DNA of 64,000 nt from a candidate division WWE3 bacterium. GTDB taxonomy: Bacteria > Patescibacteriota > WWE3 > UBA101185 > UBA10185. Below, in pieces: positions 28,691 to 38,248 of the stretch; the stretch's first letter is position 1; each line of letters starts with the position of its first letter. Location: assembly GCA_016182565.1 (NCBI GenBank), contig JACPGI010000004.1, positions 174,775 to 238,774 on the forward strand. The letters are read 5' to 3'. The notes beneath the pieces were generated by a model. That model ran no database searches. It was not told the DNA's origin and saw only the letters and a program-made list of their open reading frames with translations. The translations under genes and the position numbers were made by a program.

Positions 28691-30139
28691 TTATTTTTCC
28701 CCCATGGTTGGAAATTTAGTATGAAAATCTGTATGTTGTTGGTAAACGTAAGAAATTCCCAAAACTTTGTTTTCATCAAAATAATTGCCTATTAGTTGAA
28801 AACCTACAGGAAGACCTTGTGAAAAGCCACATGGCACAGTAACAGCGCAGAGCCCTGCAATAGAGCTTGGCTCTTGTAAAATATCAGCTAATTCACCAAA
28901 AAGTGGGGAGGCATCTGCAGCACCTAATTCCGGAGCAATACCTGGCATAGTGGGACCCAATATAACATCTACTTTTTTGTAGGCATTGTTAAAGTCTTCA
29001 AGGATTAAAGTTCTTACCTTTTGAGCTTTTGCATAGTACTGATCATAGTAACCGGCACTTAAAACATATGCCCCAAGCATCATTCTTTTTTTAGCCTCAA
29101 AACCAAACTGGGTTCTAGGACCTCCATATCTTATTCCATCAAGTCTTGCAAGATTTGAAGATACCTCTGATCTTTGTAAAATTGTATAAACTCCAATCGA
29201 ATACTTTGGATCAAGTAAATCTATTTCTACGATAGTTGCTCCCAGATCTTCTAATTTTTTGATCGCACCTTCAACTGATAATCTGACACCGTCTTCAAGC
29301 TCTAGGGTGAAATAAGATTTTGGAATTCCAATTTTCATACCTTTTATATTAAAGTCCAAAATTTGAGAAAAATAATCCGAAGGTTTTTCTGGTGAAGTTG
29401 TTGCATCAAATTCGTCTTTGCCAGCAATTAGCGACAAAACTTGGGCCGAATCCATTACACTTTTTGTAATCAATCCGGGAGAATCAGTTGATGAAGCCAT
29501 AGCTACAACACCATACCTACTCACTCTACCGTATGTTGGTTTAAGACCTGTAACTCCGCACCATACTGCAGGTCCTCTTATACTCCCAGCCGTCTCACTA
29601 CCAATTGCAAATATACACATATTTGAGGCTACAGCAACAGCTGATCCACCGGAGGATCCACCGGGGACTCTTGTTTTATCCCATGGATTTTTTGTAGGAA
29701 AAAAATCTGAGTTTTCAGTAGAGGAACCGTGAGCAAAGGCATCCATATTAGTCTTTCCAAGCATGATAGCACCGGCGTCTTTAAGTTTTTTTGTGACTGT
29801 TGATTCAAATGGTGGGATATAATTTTTTAGAATACTTGAACTGGCTGTTGTTTGTACTCCAAGTGTAGAAAAATTATCTTTACAGGCGTAAGGTATGCCT
29901 AAAAGCGGTTGGGTACTAAAAGCTCCAACTCCTTGGTTTTTTATTTTTTTATCTGCAAGTTCTGCCTCTTTTAATGCAGTTGCTTTTTGAAGATATATAA
30001 AGGCTTTCAGTTCCGGATCAAATCTTTCTATCTGCGAAAAGCAATCCTCAACAAGTTGAGTTGATGAAATTTCACCAGATTTGAGTTTTGTGATCGAATC
30101 TAAAAGTGTAAGGTAATTTGTGTTTTTCGTATTGTTCAT
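28691..30139 (-). CDS. gatA: Asp/Glu-tRNA amidotransferase subunit A
   Basis: KDN, GKTNMD, PGGSSGGSA, GSIR, KPTYGRVSRYG, SSNLARLDG, LSAGYYD. Confidence 0.97.
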   Translation of the reverse strand: MNNTKNTNYLTLLDSITKLKSGEISSTQLVEDCFSQIERFDPELKAFIYLQKATALKEAELADKKIKNQGVGAFSTQPLLGIPYACKDNFSTLGVQTTASSSILKNYIPPFESTVTKKLKDAGAIMLGKTNMDAFAHGSSTENSDFFPTKNPWDKTRVPGGSSGGSAVAVASNMCIFAIGSETAGSIRGPAVWCGVTGLKPTYGRVSRYGVVAMASSTDSPGLITKSVMDSAQVLSLIAGKDEFDATTSPEKPSDYFSQILDFNIKGMKIGIPKSYFTLELEDGVRLSVEGAIKKLEDLGATIVEIDLLDPKYSIGVYTILQRSEVSSNLARLDGIRYGGPRTQFGFEAKKRMMLGAYVLSAGYYDQYYAKAQKVRTLILEDFNNAYKKVDVILGPTMPGIAPELGAADASPLFGELADILQEPSSIAGLCAVTVPCGFSQGLPVGFQLIGNYFDENKVLGISYVYQQHTDFHTKFPTMGEK

Positions 30140-30157
30140 ACTAAATCTTAGGTAGTG

Positions 30158-30457
30158 CTACTTCCTATCAAAAACAGCTTTTGTACCAAAGTAGTTATTT
30201 ATATTTTCTGAAGCATTGCTCAATGCCTGTTCAACACTTAAGGATTTAACACTGTCCCCATTCTGAAAAATATTTGTAAGTCCTGTTACTTGATAAGTTT
30301 CTTTTATTTTTGAGGTATCTAACTCCCCAAGCATATCCATATATTTTAAGGTATCTGTAAAAAATATTGAAAATTTGGAAATTTCCTCTTGGGTAAGAGT
30401 TAAATTACAAAGTTTTGCAACTTTTTGCACAGTTTCATGAGTAACAGCAGCTTGCAT
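30158..30457 (-). CDS. gatC: Asp/Glu-tRNA amidotransferase subunit C
   Basis: VQKVAKLCNL...L.ELDT...ALSNA; position ahead of gatA. Confidence 0.9.
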   Translation of the reverse strand: MQAAVTHETVQKVAKLCNLTLTQEEISKFSIFFTDTLKYMDMLGELDTSKIKETYQVTGLTNIFQNGDSVKSLSVEQALSNASENINNYFGTKAVFDRK

Positions 30458-30508
30458 AATCTTTGGTATTATAGGGCTTTAATACTGTAGGGGCAACGAT
30501 TAATTAAG

Positions 30509-31420
30509 CTACATCGATAAAAGTTTTTTTACTCTTTCTTGGACAGGTGGGTGGGTATTAAAAAGTGATGAAAAAAATCCGTCATGACCGCCTTTTAACG
30601 GATTTGCGATATAAAGATGGGCTGTTGCTCCGTTTGCAGCTTCTAATACCTCGGTATCACCGGAAATTTTTACCAAAGCGTCGGCCAAACCTTTGGGATA
30701 TCTTGTAAGCATAGCTGATGAAGCGTCAGCTAAGTATTCTCGGCGTCTACTTACAGCAAGCTTTATAAGGGTTGCGATAATTGGGCTTAAAATTACCAAG
30801 ATTAAACCAACTATCAAGATAATTCCGTTTAGTCCAGATTCAGAATTTGAACTACGTCGTCTATTTCCCCCATAAAAAATTCCTCTTGTAAACCAATCTG
30901 CCATCAGTGTAATAGTACCAACTAAAATACTTACAATAGACATAAGTAGTATGTCGTAATTTATAATATGGGAAAGTTCATGAGCAATTACACCCTCTAG
31001 TTCTCTTTTTTCTAGTTTTGAAAGGATTCCGGATGTAAAACAAATGACCGCATGCTGTGGATCTCTACCTGTAGCAAAGGCGTTTGGGGCGCTGTCCTCA
31101 ATAAGATAAATTTTTGGTTTTGTTACTAAACCTGCGGCGATGCACATGTTCTCAACCAAATGATAAAGTTCTGGATTATCATTAAAATCCACCTCTTTCG
31201 CCCCTGAAATTGCAAGAACTATCTTGTCAGAATTATAGTAAGATATAAAGCTGGAGATACCAGAAAAAACCATAGCAAGACCTATAAAAGAAACACCTGC
31301 GCCATCAAAGTAAAACTCACCAATAAACCAACCTATAAAACTAATTACAACCATAAAGCCAAACATAACAAATATGGTAGCTCTTTTATTTTCTGTTATA
31401 TGTGAATAAGTAGACTGCAT
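30509..31420 (-). CDS. htpX: HtpX membrane zinc protease (M48)
   Basis: PNAFATGR, AHELSH, SRRREYLAD, THPP. Confidence 0.95.
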   Translation of the reverse strand: MQSTYSHITENKRATIFVMFGFMVVISFIGWFIGEFYFDGAGVSFIGLAMVFSGISSFISYYNSDKIVLAISGAKEVDFNDNPELYHLVENMCIAAGLVTKPKIYLIEDSAPNAFATGRDPQHAVICFTSGILSKLEKRELEGVIAHELSHIINYDILLMSIVSILVGTITLMADWFTRGIFYGGNRRRSSNSESGLNGIILIVGLILVILSPIIATLIKLAVSRRREYLADASSAMLTRYPKGLADALVKISGDTEVLEAANGATAHLYIANPLKGGHDGFFSSLFNTHPPVQERVKKLLSM

Positions 31421-31550
31421 ACAGTTATTATAGCTTACCTATAAAATAAGTCATTGCAATTTATCATCCTGTGTTCTAAAAACTATAGGAAAATGAAATT
31501 TTGATTGGAATTAAACAAATCTCTGGAAAACTTTTGATGAAGGAGCACAA

Positions 31551-31749
31551 CATGGGCATAGTTGAACCGAAAATCATACTAATCTCACCTCTTTTGAGTC
31601 TGGAACAACATGATTTCTTGTTGGGACTGGTAGGTATCGATTTCAAATACATAAGGATGAATGACTACCGGGCCAAACTTTCTTATCCTCCTGCATATCA
31701 TGACCGGGTTTTAAAAAAACTTGAGGAATGGCAAATAAAACTAATTTAG
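31551..31749 (+). CDS. Small ORFan (probable start ATG 31551)
   Basis: AAGGAG SD before ATG 31551, in frame with track ORF 31501; 3' hairpin. Confidence 0.55.
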
Positions 31750-31759
31750 TTTGAAACAT

Positions 31760-31799
31760 AAAAGCGCTGAATTTCTCTCCAGCGCTTTTTTGCTTTTTT
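31760..31799. terminator. Intrinsic terminator, probably bidirectional
   Basis: AAAAGCGCTG-10 nt-CAGCGCTTTT followed by T-tracts. Confidence 0.75.
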
Positions 31800-31837
31800 G
31801 TTCAATATTTAAAACTCACAAAAAATACATAAGAAAG

Positions 31838-32389
31838 CTAAAATGTAACTTTTGGAGCCACCTTAGAGACTTCTTCAGCTTCAAAAAATTTCTCATCACT
31901 AAATCCAAACATGTTTGCAACAAAACTGTTTGGGAAAGTTACAAGCATAGTATTGTAATCACGAACTACAGTATTGAAGAATTGTCTTGAATAAGAAACT
32001 TTATCTTCTGTATCACTCAACTCTTTTTGTAAATTGATAAATCCCTCTTGAGCTTTAAGTTCAGGATAGGCCTCGGCTACAGCAAAAAGACTTTTTAATG
32101 CGCCTGAAAGCATATTATCTGCTTTTCCAGTTGCTTCTACACCTGTTGCACCCATTAACGCCGCTCTTGCCTTAGTAACATTTTCGAATACCTCTTTTTC
32201 ATGAGCAGCGTAGCCTTTTACTGATTCTACAATATTTGGGATTAAATCAATTCTTCTTTTTAACTGGACATCTATTTGACTCCATGCCTCTTTGATTCGT
32301 ACTTTCATTGTGGCAAGAGTGTTGTAGACATATAAGAAATAGAAAGCCAAACATATAACAAGCACAAAAAGTATTGTAGTTATTTGCAT
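31838..32389 (-). CDS. lemA: LemA family protein
   Basis: WSQIDVQLKRRIDLIPN, VKGYAAHE, AEAYPELKA, FPNS. Confidence 0.96.
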   Translation of the reverse strand: MQITTILFVLVICLAFYFLYVYNTLATMKVRIKEAWSQIDVQLKRRIDLIPNIVESVKGYAAHEKEVFENVTKARAALMGATGVEATGKADNMLSGALKSLFAVAEAYPELKAQEGFINLQKELSDTEDKVSYSRQFFNTVVRDYNTMLVTFPNSFVANMFGFSDEKFFEAEEVSKVAPKVTF

Positions 32390-32441
32390 AAATCTCCTGT
32401 TAAGTAATTAACTGTGGTAATTATACTAAATATTCGGGTAT

Positions 32442-32479
32442 AAAAGAAATTTACCCCGCTCGAAGATAAGCGGGGCAAA
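32442..32479 (-). terminator. Intrinsic terminator after the 32495 ORF
   Basis: Minus strand TTTGCCCCGCT-8 nt-AGCGGGGTAAA then TTTCTTTT. Confidence 0.7.
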
Positions 32480-32494
32480 AGTTTGGAAGCAATC

Positions 32495-32872
32495 TTACAC
32501 AAATGAGAATGATTTTTTGCTCGGACTGACAATACGAATCTTAAGCTTCGCCTCAATGTTCTCCAGTTTGGCTAAAATCAATTTGCGCAACTCTAATGGA
32601 ATATCATTAGAGTATATTTCGATTACGAACTGATCCGGCATCTGTAAAGATTCAGCAATCTTCAATAACAACTGTTTACCAACCGGTAGATTGAAAACCC
32701 ATTGAAAAAGCTGGATTCTCCAAAAACTCTGGTGTTCAATGGTTATCCAACGATCTGGAATTGCTCTGTGTCCATTGAGATAGACAGAAATCTCTGGATA
32801 TTCTTTGAATGCATTTTCGATGGCTTCATGAAGATCACACACACCGACAGTTCTTTTTTTCTTCTTGTTCAT
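32495..32872 (-). CDS. Hypothetical protein (ORFan)
   Basis: GAGGAG SD, own terminator; no motif recognised. Confidence 0.7.
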   Translation of the reverse strand: MNKKKKRTVGVCDLHEAIENAFKEYPEISVYLNGHRAIPDRWITIEHQSFWRIQLFQWVFNLPVGKQLLLKIAESLQMPDQFVIEIYSNDIPLELRKLILAKLENIEAKLKIRIVSPSKKSFSFV

Positions 32873-32936
32873 GATTTCTCCTCGAGTTGACTATTTATGA
32901 AATGAAGTAGATTTGCTTAGCCTATTTACTTTTATA

Positions 32937-34676
32937 CTAATGTAAGATGTTTTGCAATTCTTTATATGTCAGTGTATTTAAAACCTCTTTTTTTGTGCAC
33001 CATCCACGCCTCGCAACATCAATTCCACTTTTCATATATAAAAGGTCGGTTACAGAATGAGCATCAGATCCTATCATCATAGGTATTCCCATTTTGATTG
33101 CGTCATATACAAGATGATCTGGTAAATCAAGCCTTGATGGCTGACCGTTTATTTCAAGTATCTTTTTATTCTTTAATGCTGCTTCAAATACTTTTGTCCA
33201 ATCAAGATCCAGTGCTTCACGCTGGTTTATAGTTCTTCCGGATGGATGACCAAGAATTGTTACATATGGGTTTTCTAGAGCTGCAATTGTTCTTTTTGTA
33301 ACTTCCTCACGTGGCATATCAAATGAGGTATGGATTGATGCAATCACATAGTCAAGTTTTTTAAGAAGCTCATCAGGCATCGCAAGTGTTGCATCTTTTA
33401 AGATGTTTACTTCATATCCAAACAAAACTTTTATCTTCTTCTGAGATGAGTTTATTTTCTCTATCTCCTCACGTCTTTTTTGCATAATTTGTTCTACCTC
33501 TTTAATCCCACGATTTATAACACTTGGGGCGTGATCTGCTATACCTATAAATTCGTAACCCAGCTCAATTGCCGCCTCAACCATCTCATTTAAAGTGTTA
33601 ACTCCATCAGATGCTGTTGTATGGACATGTAAGTCGCCTTTTATATCAGATACTTTCACAAGCTCTGGAAGTGCATTAAGTGCTGCTAGCTCTATCTCGT
33701 CTTTGCCTTCGCGTAATTCCGGTGGCACAAAGCTAAGTCCCATAAATCCATAAAACTTTTTTTCATCTTCAAATTTTTTTAATTTATTACCTTGTTTAAT
33801 ACCGTATTGAGAAAGTGACAACCCAAGGTCAAGTGCATGTTGGCGAAGTCTTATGTTGTGTTGTTTGGAACCAGTGAAATGTTGCAACAGCGATCCATAA
33901 GAATCTATGTCGGATACGAGTACATCAATTTGAGTATCATTTGTCAGAATAACAGTGGACATACGGTCTCCTTTTGATTCAACATTTTTTATCTCTGGAT
34001 ATGTTATGAAGTGTTCTATAACTTTTTCTGGGTTCTTTGACGAAACTGCTATATCAAGATCTCCCACAGTTGCAGCGCGTCTTCTTAGAGAACCCAATGA
34101 AATTGCCTCATTAACTTCTGGGATCTGTTTTAAATAAGAGATAATTCTGGATGAAATATCTTCAGCTTGGGAAAGAAGCATTCTTTGCTTTTCTTGTTTA
34201 CTTTTTTTAAGTTGATCAACGGAATCTAAAATATCTTTTTCAGATTTTGGACCAAAACCAGGAAGTTTTTGAATAAGTCCTTTTTTGGCGGCTTCTTTGA
34301 TTTTTTCCAATGCATCAATTCGGCTTAAAATATTAAATTCCTTTGAAAGTTTAAAAGCAGTTTTAGCCCCAACTCCCCTTAATACAAGTAGAGCAAACAT
34401 ACCATCTGGTAAATCTTTTTTCTTATTTTCCCATTCGGTGGCTTTTCCGGTTTTAAATAATTCAGATAAATGTTGGACTAAAGCTGCTCCAACACCACTT
34501 ATTTCACCCAAACGATCATTTTCCCAAAGATCATAAACACTCATGGTCAAGCCTTCTATCGAGGAAATAGCGTTTTGGTAAGCCCGGATACCAAACTTGT
34601 TATCGCCTTTTATTTCCATGGCTGCCACAGCCTCTTTTAACATCACAAGAACTTCTTTGTTTGAAAATCTTGGCAT
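32937..34676 (-). CDS. polX: DNA polymerase X with PHP domain
   Basis: GSLRR...GDLDI, HFTGSK.HN, PPELRE, GDLHVHT.SDG, DH, HP, SDAH. Confidence 0.96.
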   Translation of the reverse strand: MPRFSNKEVLVMLKEAVAAMEIKGDNKFGIRAYQNAISSIEGLTMSVYDLWENDRLGEISGVGAALVQHLSELFKTGKATEWENKKKDLPDGMFALLVLRGVGAKTAFKLSKEFNILSRIDALEKIKEAAKKGLIQKLPGFGPKSEKDILDSVDQLKKSKQEKQRMLLSQAEDISSRIISYLKQIPEVNEAISLGSLRRRAATVGDLDIAVSSKNPEKVIEHFITYPEIKNVESKGDRMSTVILTNDTQIDVLVSDIDSYGSLLQHFTGSKQHNIRLRQHALDLGLSLSQYGIKQGNKLKKFEDEKKFYGFMGLSFVPPELREGKDEIELAALNALPELVKVSDIKGDLHVHTTASDGVNTLNEMVEAAIELGYEFIGIADHAPSVINRGIKEVEQIMQKRREEIEKINSSQKKIKVLFGYEVNILKDATLAMPDELLKKLDYVIASIHTSFDMPREEVTKRTIAALENPYVTILGHPSGRTINQREALDLDWTKVFEAALKNKKILEINGQPSRLDLPDHLVYDAIKMGIPMMIGSDAHSVTDLLYMKSGIDVARRGWCTKKEVLNTLTYKELQNILH

Positions 34677-34737
34677 AACCTTATTGTAATGTATTTTTTG
34701 GCTATATGTGAAATACCCATGTTTAGGCGTAATTTCA

Positions 34738-34766
34738 TTGACGCACCAGTCTTGATAACCTAAAAT
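34738..34766 (+). promoter_or_regulatory. sigma70 promoter for tRNA-Asp and the LysM gene
   Basis: TTGACG-17 nt-TAAAAT. Confidence 0.7.
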
Positions 34767-34785
34767 ACCCTCGCTTCCACATTTG

Positions 34786-34863
<78 letters not shown>

Positions 34864-34966
34864 TAAAATGGATAAGTTACATGGCTGCCTTAACGCTATC
34901 CTTAAAAAAATAAAGAGGCTTAAAACCTCACATTAATAATACAAGGAGGTGAATTGTTAAGGTTAA

Positions 34967-35473
34967 ATGAATAAACTATTAGACTATCTTAGAAAAATTG
35001 ATTTCAAAGAAGAAAAAGTAAAAGATTTTATAGCGGGCGCTTTGGCGTTGTTTTTTTTGATTTCAGCAGGATTTATCGCAATGGATAAATTTGATAAATC
35101 GAATAAGGATGTACTACCGCTTGGTAAAGGTGGCACAAATGGGGAGATTGTGACCAACGATGAAAACAACAAAGGTACTACAACAAGAGACACAAAAACT
35201 CAGGGCTTGGAAAATGGTGGGGAAGGTGAAACTGCTATGGTTGAGGGGGCAGCAAGTACAAGATGGGTCGCAAACGACTATGTAAAAGGCGATATTAAAA
35301 ACGGTGATTACAAAGTAGTATCTGGCGATACTCTTTGGGAAATTGCAGAAGCAGTTTATGGAGATGGCACACAATGGACAAAAATACTAGAAGCAAATTC
35401 TAAAGATATAGGTTTTTTGCCTAACGGTTCACAGGCGTTGATAACAGTAGGACAGGTTTTGCAAATACCGTAA
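34967..35473 (+). CDS. LysM domain membrane-anchored protein
   Basis: TM helix; YKVVSGDTLWEIAEAVYGDG.QW.KI.EAN...GQVLQIP. Confidence 0.93.
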   Translation: MNKLLDYLRKIDFKEEKVKDFIAGALALFFLISAGFIAMDKFDKSNKDVLPLGKGGTNGEIVTNDENNKGTTTRDTKTQGLENGGEGETAMVEGAASTRWVANDYVKGDIKNGDYKVVSGDTLWEIAEAVYGDGTQWTKILEANSKDIGFLPNGSQALITVGQVLQIP

Positions 35474-35592
35474 GTTGAAATAGAAACCACATTAGTTACT
35501 GTCTGGCGGCAGTTCGGGTGGTACTATTTACATGTTTGGTATAGTTATATAAACCAATAGAGAGTTTGAGTTGTAGTTTGGTTTGCGGGCTG

Positions 35593-35667
35593 GCGGGTGT
35601 GGCTCAGTGGTAGAGTGTCTCCTTCCCAAGGAGAAGATCGCGGGTTCGAGTCCCGTCACCCGCTCCA
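35593..35667 (+). tRNA. tRNA-Gly(CCC)
   Basis: GCGGGTGTGGCTCAGTGGTAGAG, TCTCC-TT-CCC-AA-GGAGA, GGTTCGAGTCC, TCCA. Confidence 0.95.
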
Positions 35668-35692
35668 AAAATTGAACTTAATTCAATATCAT

Positions 35693-36235
35693 ATGAAACA
35701 TAAAATTTTAGTTTTAGCATATCCAGGCTCAGGTAAAACTTATCTAGCAGATCATTACAAGAATATAAGTGATTTTGAATTCCAGCACTATAGATATGAT
35801 TATGGGGAACTTAAACACTTGCCACTCGAACAGCTAAAAGGCAGAACAGAGATTAGAACAAACAATCCAGATTGGCCACACAACTTCTTTAAAGCATTGG
35901 ATGGTGAACTTAAAAAAGGAAGGATTGTATTAGTCCCATTTGCAACATCATTACTAAAAATACTAAATCACCTTGAAACTTCTAGTGGAACTAGAATTAT
36001 ATTTGCAATACAAAATAAAGATTTCTTTGAACAATTAGCAGAAAATTTTAGAAATAGAGGAAATAGCGATGAATTTATAGAAAGACGTAGAAACGATTTT
36101 CAAAAATGTCATGAAATAATTGCGAATTCAAAATTTGAAAAAGTATATATCAGCAATAATGAGTTTTTAGAGGACGCATTGTCAAGGATCGGAGTTAAAT
36201 TCGAAGAAGGACAAGGTTTGAAAAATTATGTTTAG
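35693..36235 (+). CDS. Small P-loop kinase-like protein (start corrected to ATG 35693)
   Basis: ILVLAYPGSGKT Walker A, ISD, FRNRGN lid-like motif; the track start lies inside the tRNA. Confidence 0.75.
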   Translation: MKHKILVLAYPGSGKTYLADHYKNISDFEFQHYRYDYGELKHLPLEQLKGRTEIRTNNPDWPHNFFKALDGELKKGRIVLVPFATSLLKILNHLETSSGTRIIFAIQNKDFFEQLAENFRNRGNSDEFIERRRNDFQKCHEIIANSKFEKVYISNNEFLEDALSRIGVKFEEGQGLKNYV

Positions 36236-36303
36236 TATCTAATAGCCTGGAGAATATAGTTTGCTTAGGAGTTTTCAGACTCAAATAGTGTTCTAAAACT
36301 AAA

Positions 36304-37116
36304 ATGTATCAAACGGTTAAACTCACAAACCAGATAAAACTTAATGATCTACAAAAGAAAGTAATATCAGATGTAGCTTACGACCTTAATTTAATAAAAA
36401 CCAAAGTTAATTTTCTTGATGATATAGTAGTGCGTGCGGGCTTTGTTGCAGATACTTTATTTAACGTGGAACCACACGACATAGATGCTTATTACACAAC
36501 AAAAGAGCAAATCGGAGTAAAATTTCAAAAGTGTCGCTGCGATGAAATAAGAAACTTAATAAAAGATTGTAACTTTAAATTAATGAATACAAAATATGAG
36601 CTAGATTTGGGGCATTCTGGCGAGGGAGAATTATATATCCCGCCGGTAGCAAAAATGACTGGATTTTTTTCACATTTATGGGAAGTTGCAAACATGGTCT
36701 GCATTGATAGCAACGCAGATGTATGGGGAAATAAAGAAGCGTTTGATTGTATTACAAACCGCATACATGAAATAAGATTTGATGGCTGGTTATACTACCC
36801 TTATTTTATAAGAGAATTTCCTCATGTAGATTATTACTACTATTACGCTAATAATTGCCTACGTGGACTACGCACCATATTTATTAAAAAATACACCGGA
36901 ATTGGACCAAACTATAAAATGCTACTTGAAAATGCAAAACTTATTCTAGATTATGTTGTAACTGTACCTGAGTATAAAGAAGAATATAGAAACTACCACA
37001 AGAAGAAAATGTACAATATGAGTTTAGATGATTTGAAACTAGCACTAAAGGTAACAAAAGTTAACAATCAAGACTATTTATTAGAGAAGTTTGCGGAAAT
37101 ACTTTTTAACGACTAG
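36304..37116 (+). CDS. Divergent class II (CCA/poly(A) polymerase-like) nucleotidyltransferase
   Basis: VRAGFVADTLFNVEPHDIDAY resembles GGxVRDxLLG..P.DxD; later ANM...D...IR...RGLR elements. Confidence 0.6.
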   Translation: MYQTVKLTNQIKLNDLQKKVISDVAYDLNLIKTKVNFLDDIVVRAGFVADTLFNVEPHDIDAYYTTKEQIGVKFQKCRCDEIRNLIKDCNFKLMNTKYELDLGHSGEGELYIPPVAKMTGFFSHLWEVANMVCIDSNADVWGNKEAFDCITNRIHEIRFDGWLYYPYFIREFPHVDYYYYYANNCLRGLRTIFIKKYTGIGPNYKMLLENAKLILDYVVTVPEYKEEYRNYHKKKMYNMSLDDLKLALKVTKVNNQDYLLEKFAEILFND

Positions 37117-37127
37117 AGTCGTTTGTA

Positions 37128-37165
37128 AAAATGGGAATTAGCCTGTTAGTTCTAACTCCCATTTT
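37128..37165. terminator. Bidirectional terminator between convergent units
   Basis: AAAATGGGAATTAG-10 nt-CTAACTCCCATTTT. Confidence 0.7.
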
Positions 37166-37186
37166 AGTAAAACGAATCTTTGCGAC

Positions 37187-38248
37187 TTAAAATGTCACGT
37201 CATATCTTCTACCATCGCCCAACATAGGAAACTTTTTCAGAAGTGTTGCCCACTCTTGGGGGTTTGCTGTTAGTGCTCTTTTTAAGTCCGCTATAGTACA
37301 CTTATCACCATGTGATAGATATACACGAGGTGATAGCCAAATACGACTTGACCAATTTCTGACTATCTCAGCCAATGTTCCACGCGGATCACTGTAGTCA
37401 CGCACAAGAAGTGCTGGCTTAACTAGCAAACGACTGGAAAGGTAGTATGAAGATTTTCCGGATACTCTACCCCCAAGTTTAAACGTAGCCTCCCATAGAG
37501 TCAGACTATCCCAATTTTCTTTCCAAGGAAAACCGCCCTTACATCCCGAAGGACTTGGACTTCTATCACTTTTCGCTACAATAATCCCATCTTTTTGTCG
37601 ACGAATTGCGTGATACACTGTTTCTTGCATCTGATGACTACAAACCGGACATGGAAACTTCAAAATTACACCCCCATCAGGTACTGCCTTAGTTAGACTT
37701 GATACCCTCATTCCTGCAAACTGGGATTCAAAAATACGAACTTGGTAACCAAAAACTCTGATCAAATTCCCAAAACCCAAATAGGGAATCATCAAAAGCC
37801 ACATACCGATGACCGTAAACCAACGTCCAAGTACAGCCCAGTAAACTCCACTAGATATTGGTGCAAATTTTGGTGATATGCGGTCCATAATCCCAGTCTT
37901 TTGATAAAATCTGAGCCAAAATTTATTTGCACTGGGGGAAATTTTCCAAAGTTTTCCGTATTCGTCATGAGTTCCGCCACAACCAACTTCGGTAACTACT
38001 CGCACTAGTGGGCTTGTATGAATAAGTGCAACAAGAGACACAAATGCTTCTTCGACACGGAAGTTTGGAACAGGTGAGCTTGCATCACTTACCAAAAGCC
38101 TTCCAAACAATGGGATTTTTCGGGCATTTAAACGCTTTCCCCAACGAGCAAGGTACACTGGGACTGCTTCAAGAATACCGCCTGAAACCACCGTAGAGCT
38201 TGTAACTTTTACCATTCTTCTCTCCTTTGTTTGATATAAAAAGCTCAA
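37187..38248 (-). CDS. Hypothetical protein with CPVC motif; third gene of the deacetylase-glycosyltransferase operon
   Basis: 353-aa ORF abutting the GT4 stop; probable start ATG near 38215 after AGGAG; no family recognised. Confidence 0.75.
   Translation of the reverse strand: MSFLYQTKERRMVKVTSSTVVSGGILEAVPVYLARWGKRLNARKIPLFGRLLVSDASSPVPNFRVEEAFVSLVALIHTSPLVRVVTEVGCGGTHDEYGKLWKISPSANKFWLRFYQKTGIMDRISPKFAPISSGVYWAVLGRWFTVIGMWLLMIPYLGFGNLIRVFGYQVRIFESQFAGMRVSSLTKAVPDGGVILKFPCPVCSHQMQETVYHAIRRQKDGIIVAKSDRSPSPSGCKGGFPWKENWDSLTLWEATFKLGGRVSGKSSYYLSSRLLVKPALLVRDYSDPRGTLAEIVRNWSSRIWLSPRVYLSHGDKCTIADLKRALTANPQEWATLLKKFPMLGDGRRYDVTF

Noticed and set aside
28690-28779. N-terminal extension of track ORF 28294..28779
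   Set aside because: Overlaps the gatA 3' end; ATG 28689 right after the gatA stop is more plausible.
35597-35692. N-terminal extension of track ORF 35597 (likewise 14015-14032)
   Set aside because: These starts fall inside tRNA genes; downstream in-frame ATGs (35693, 14033) are used instead.
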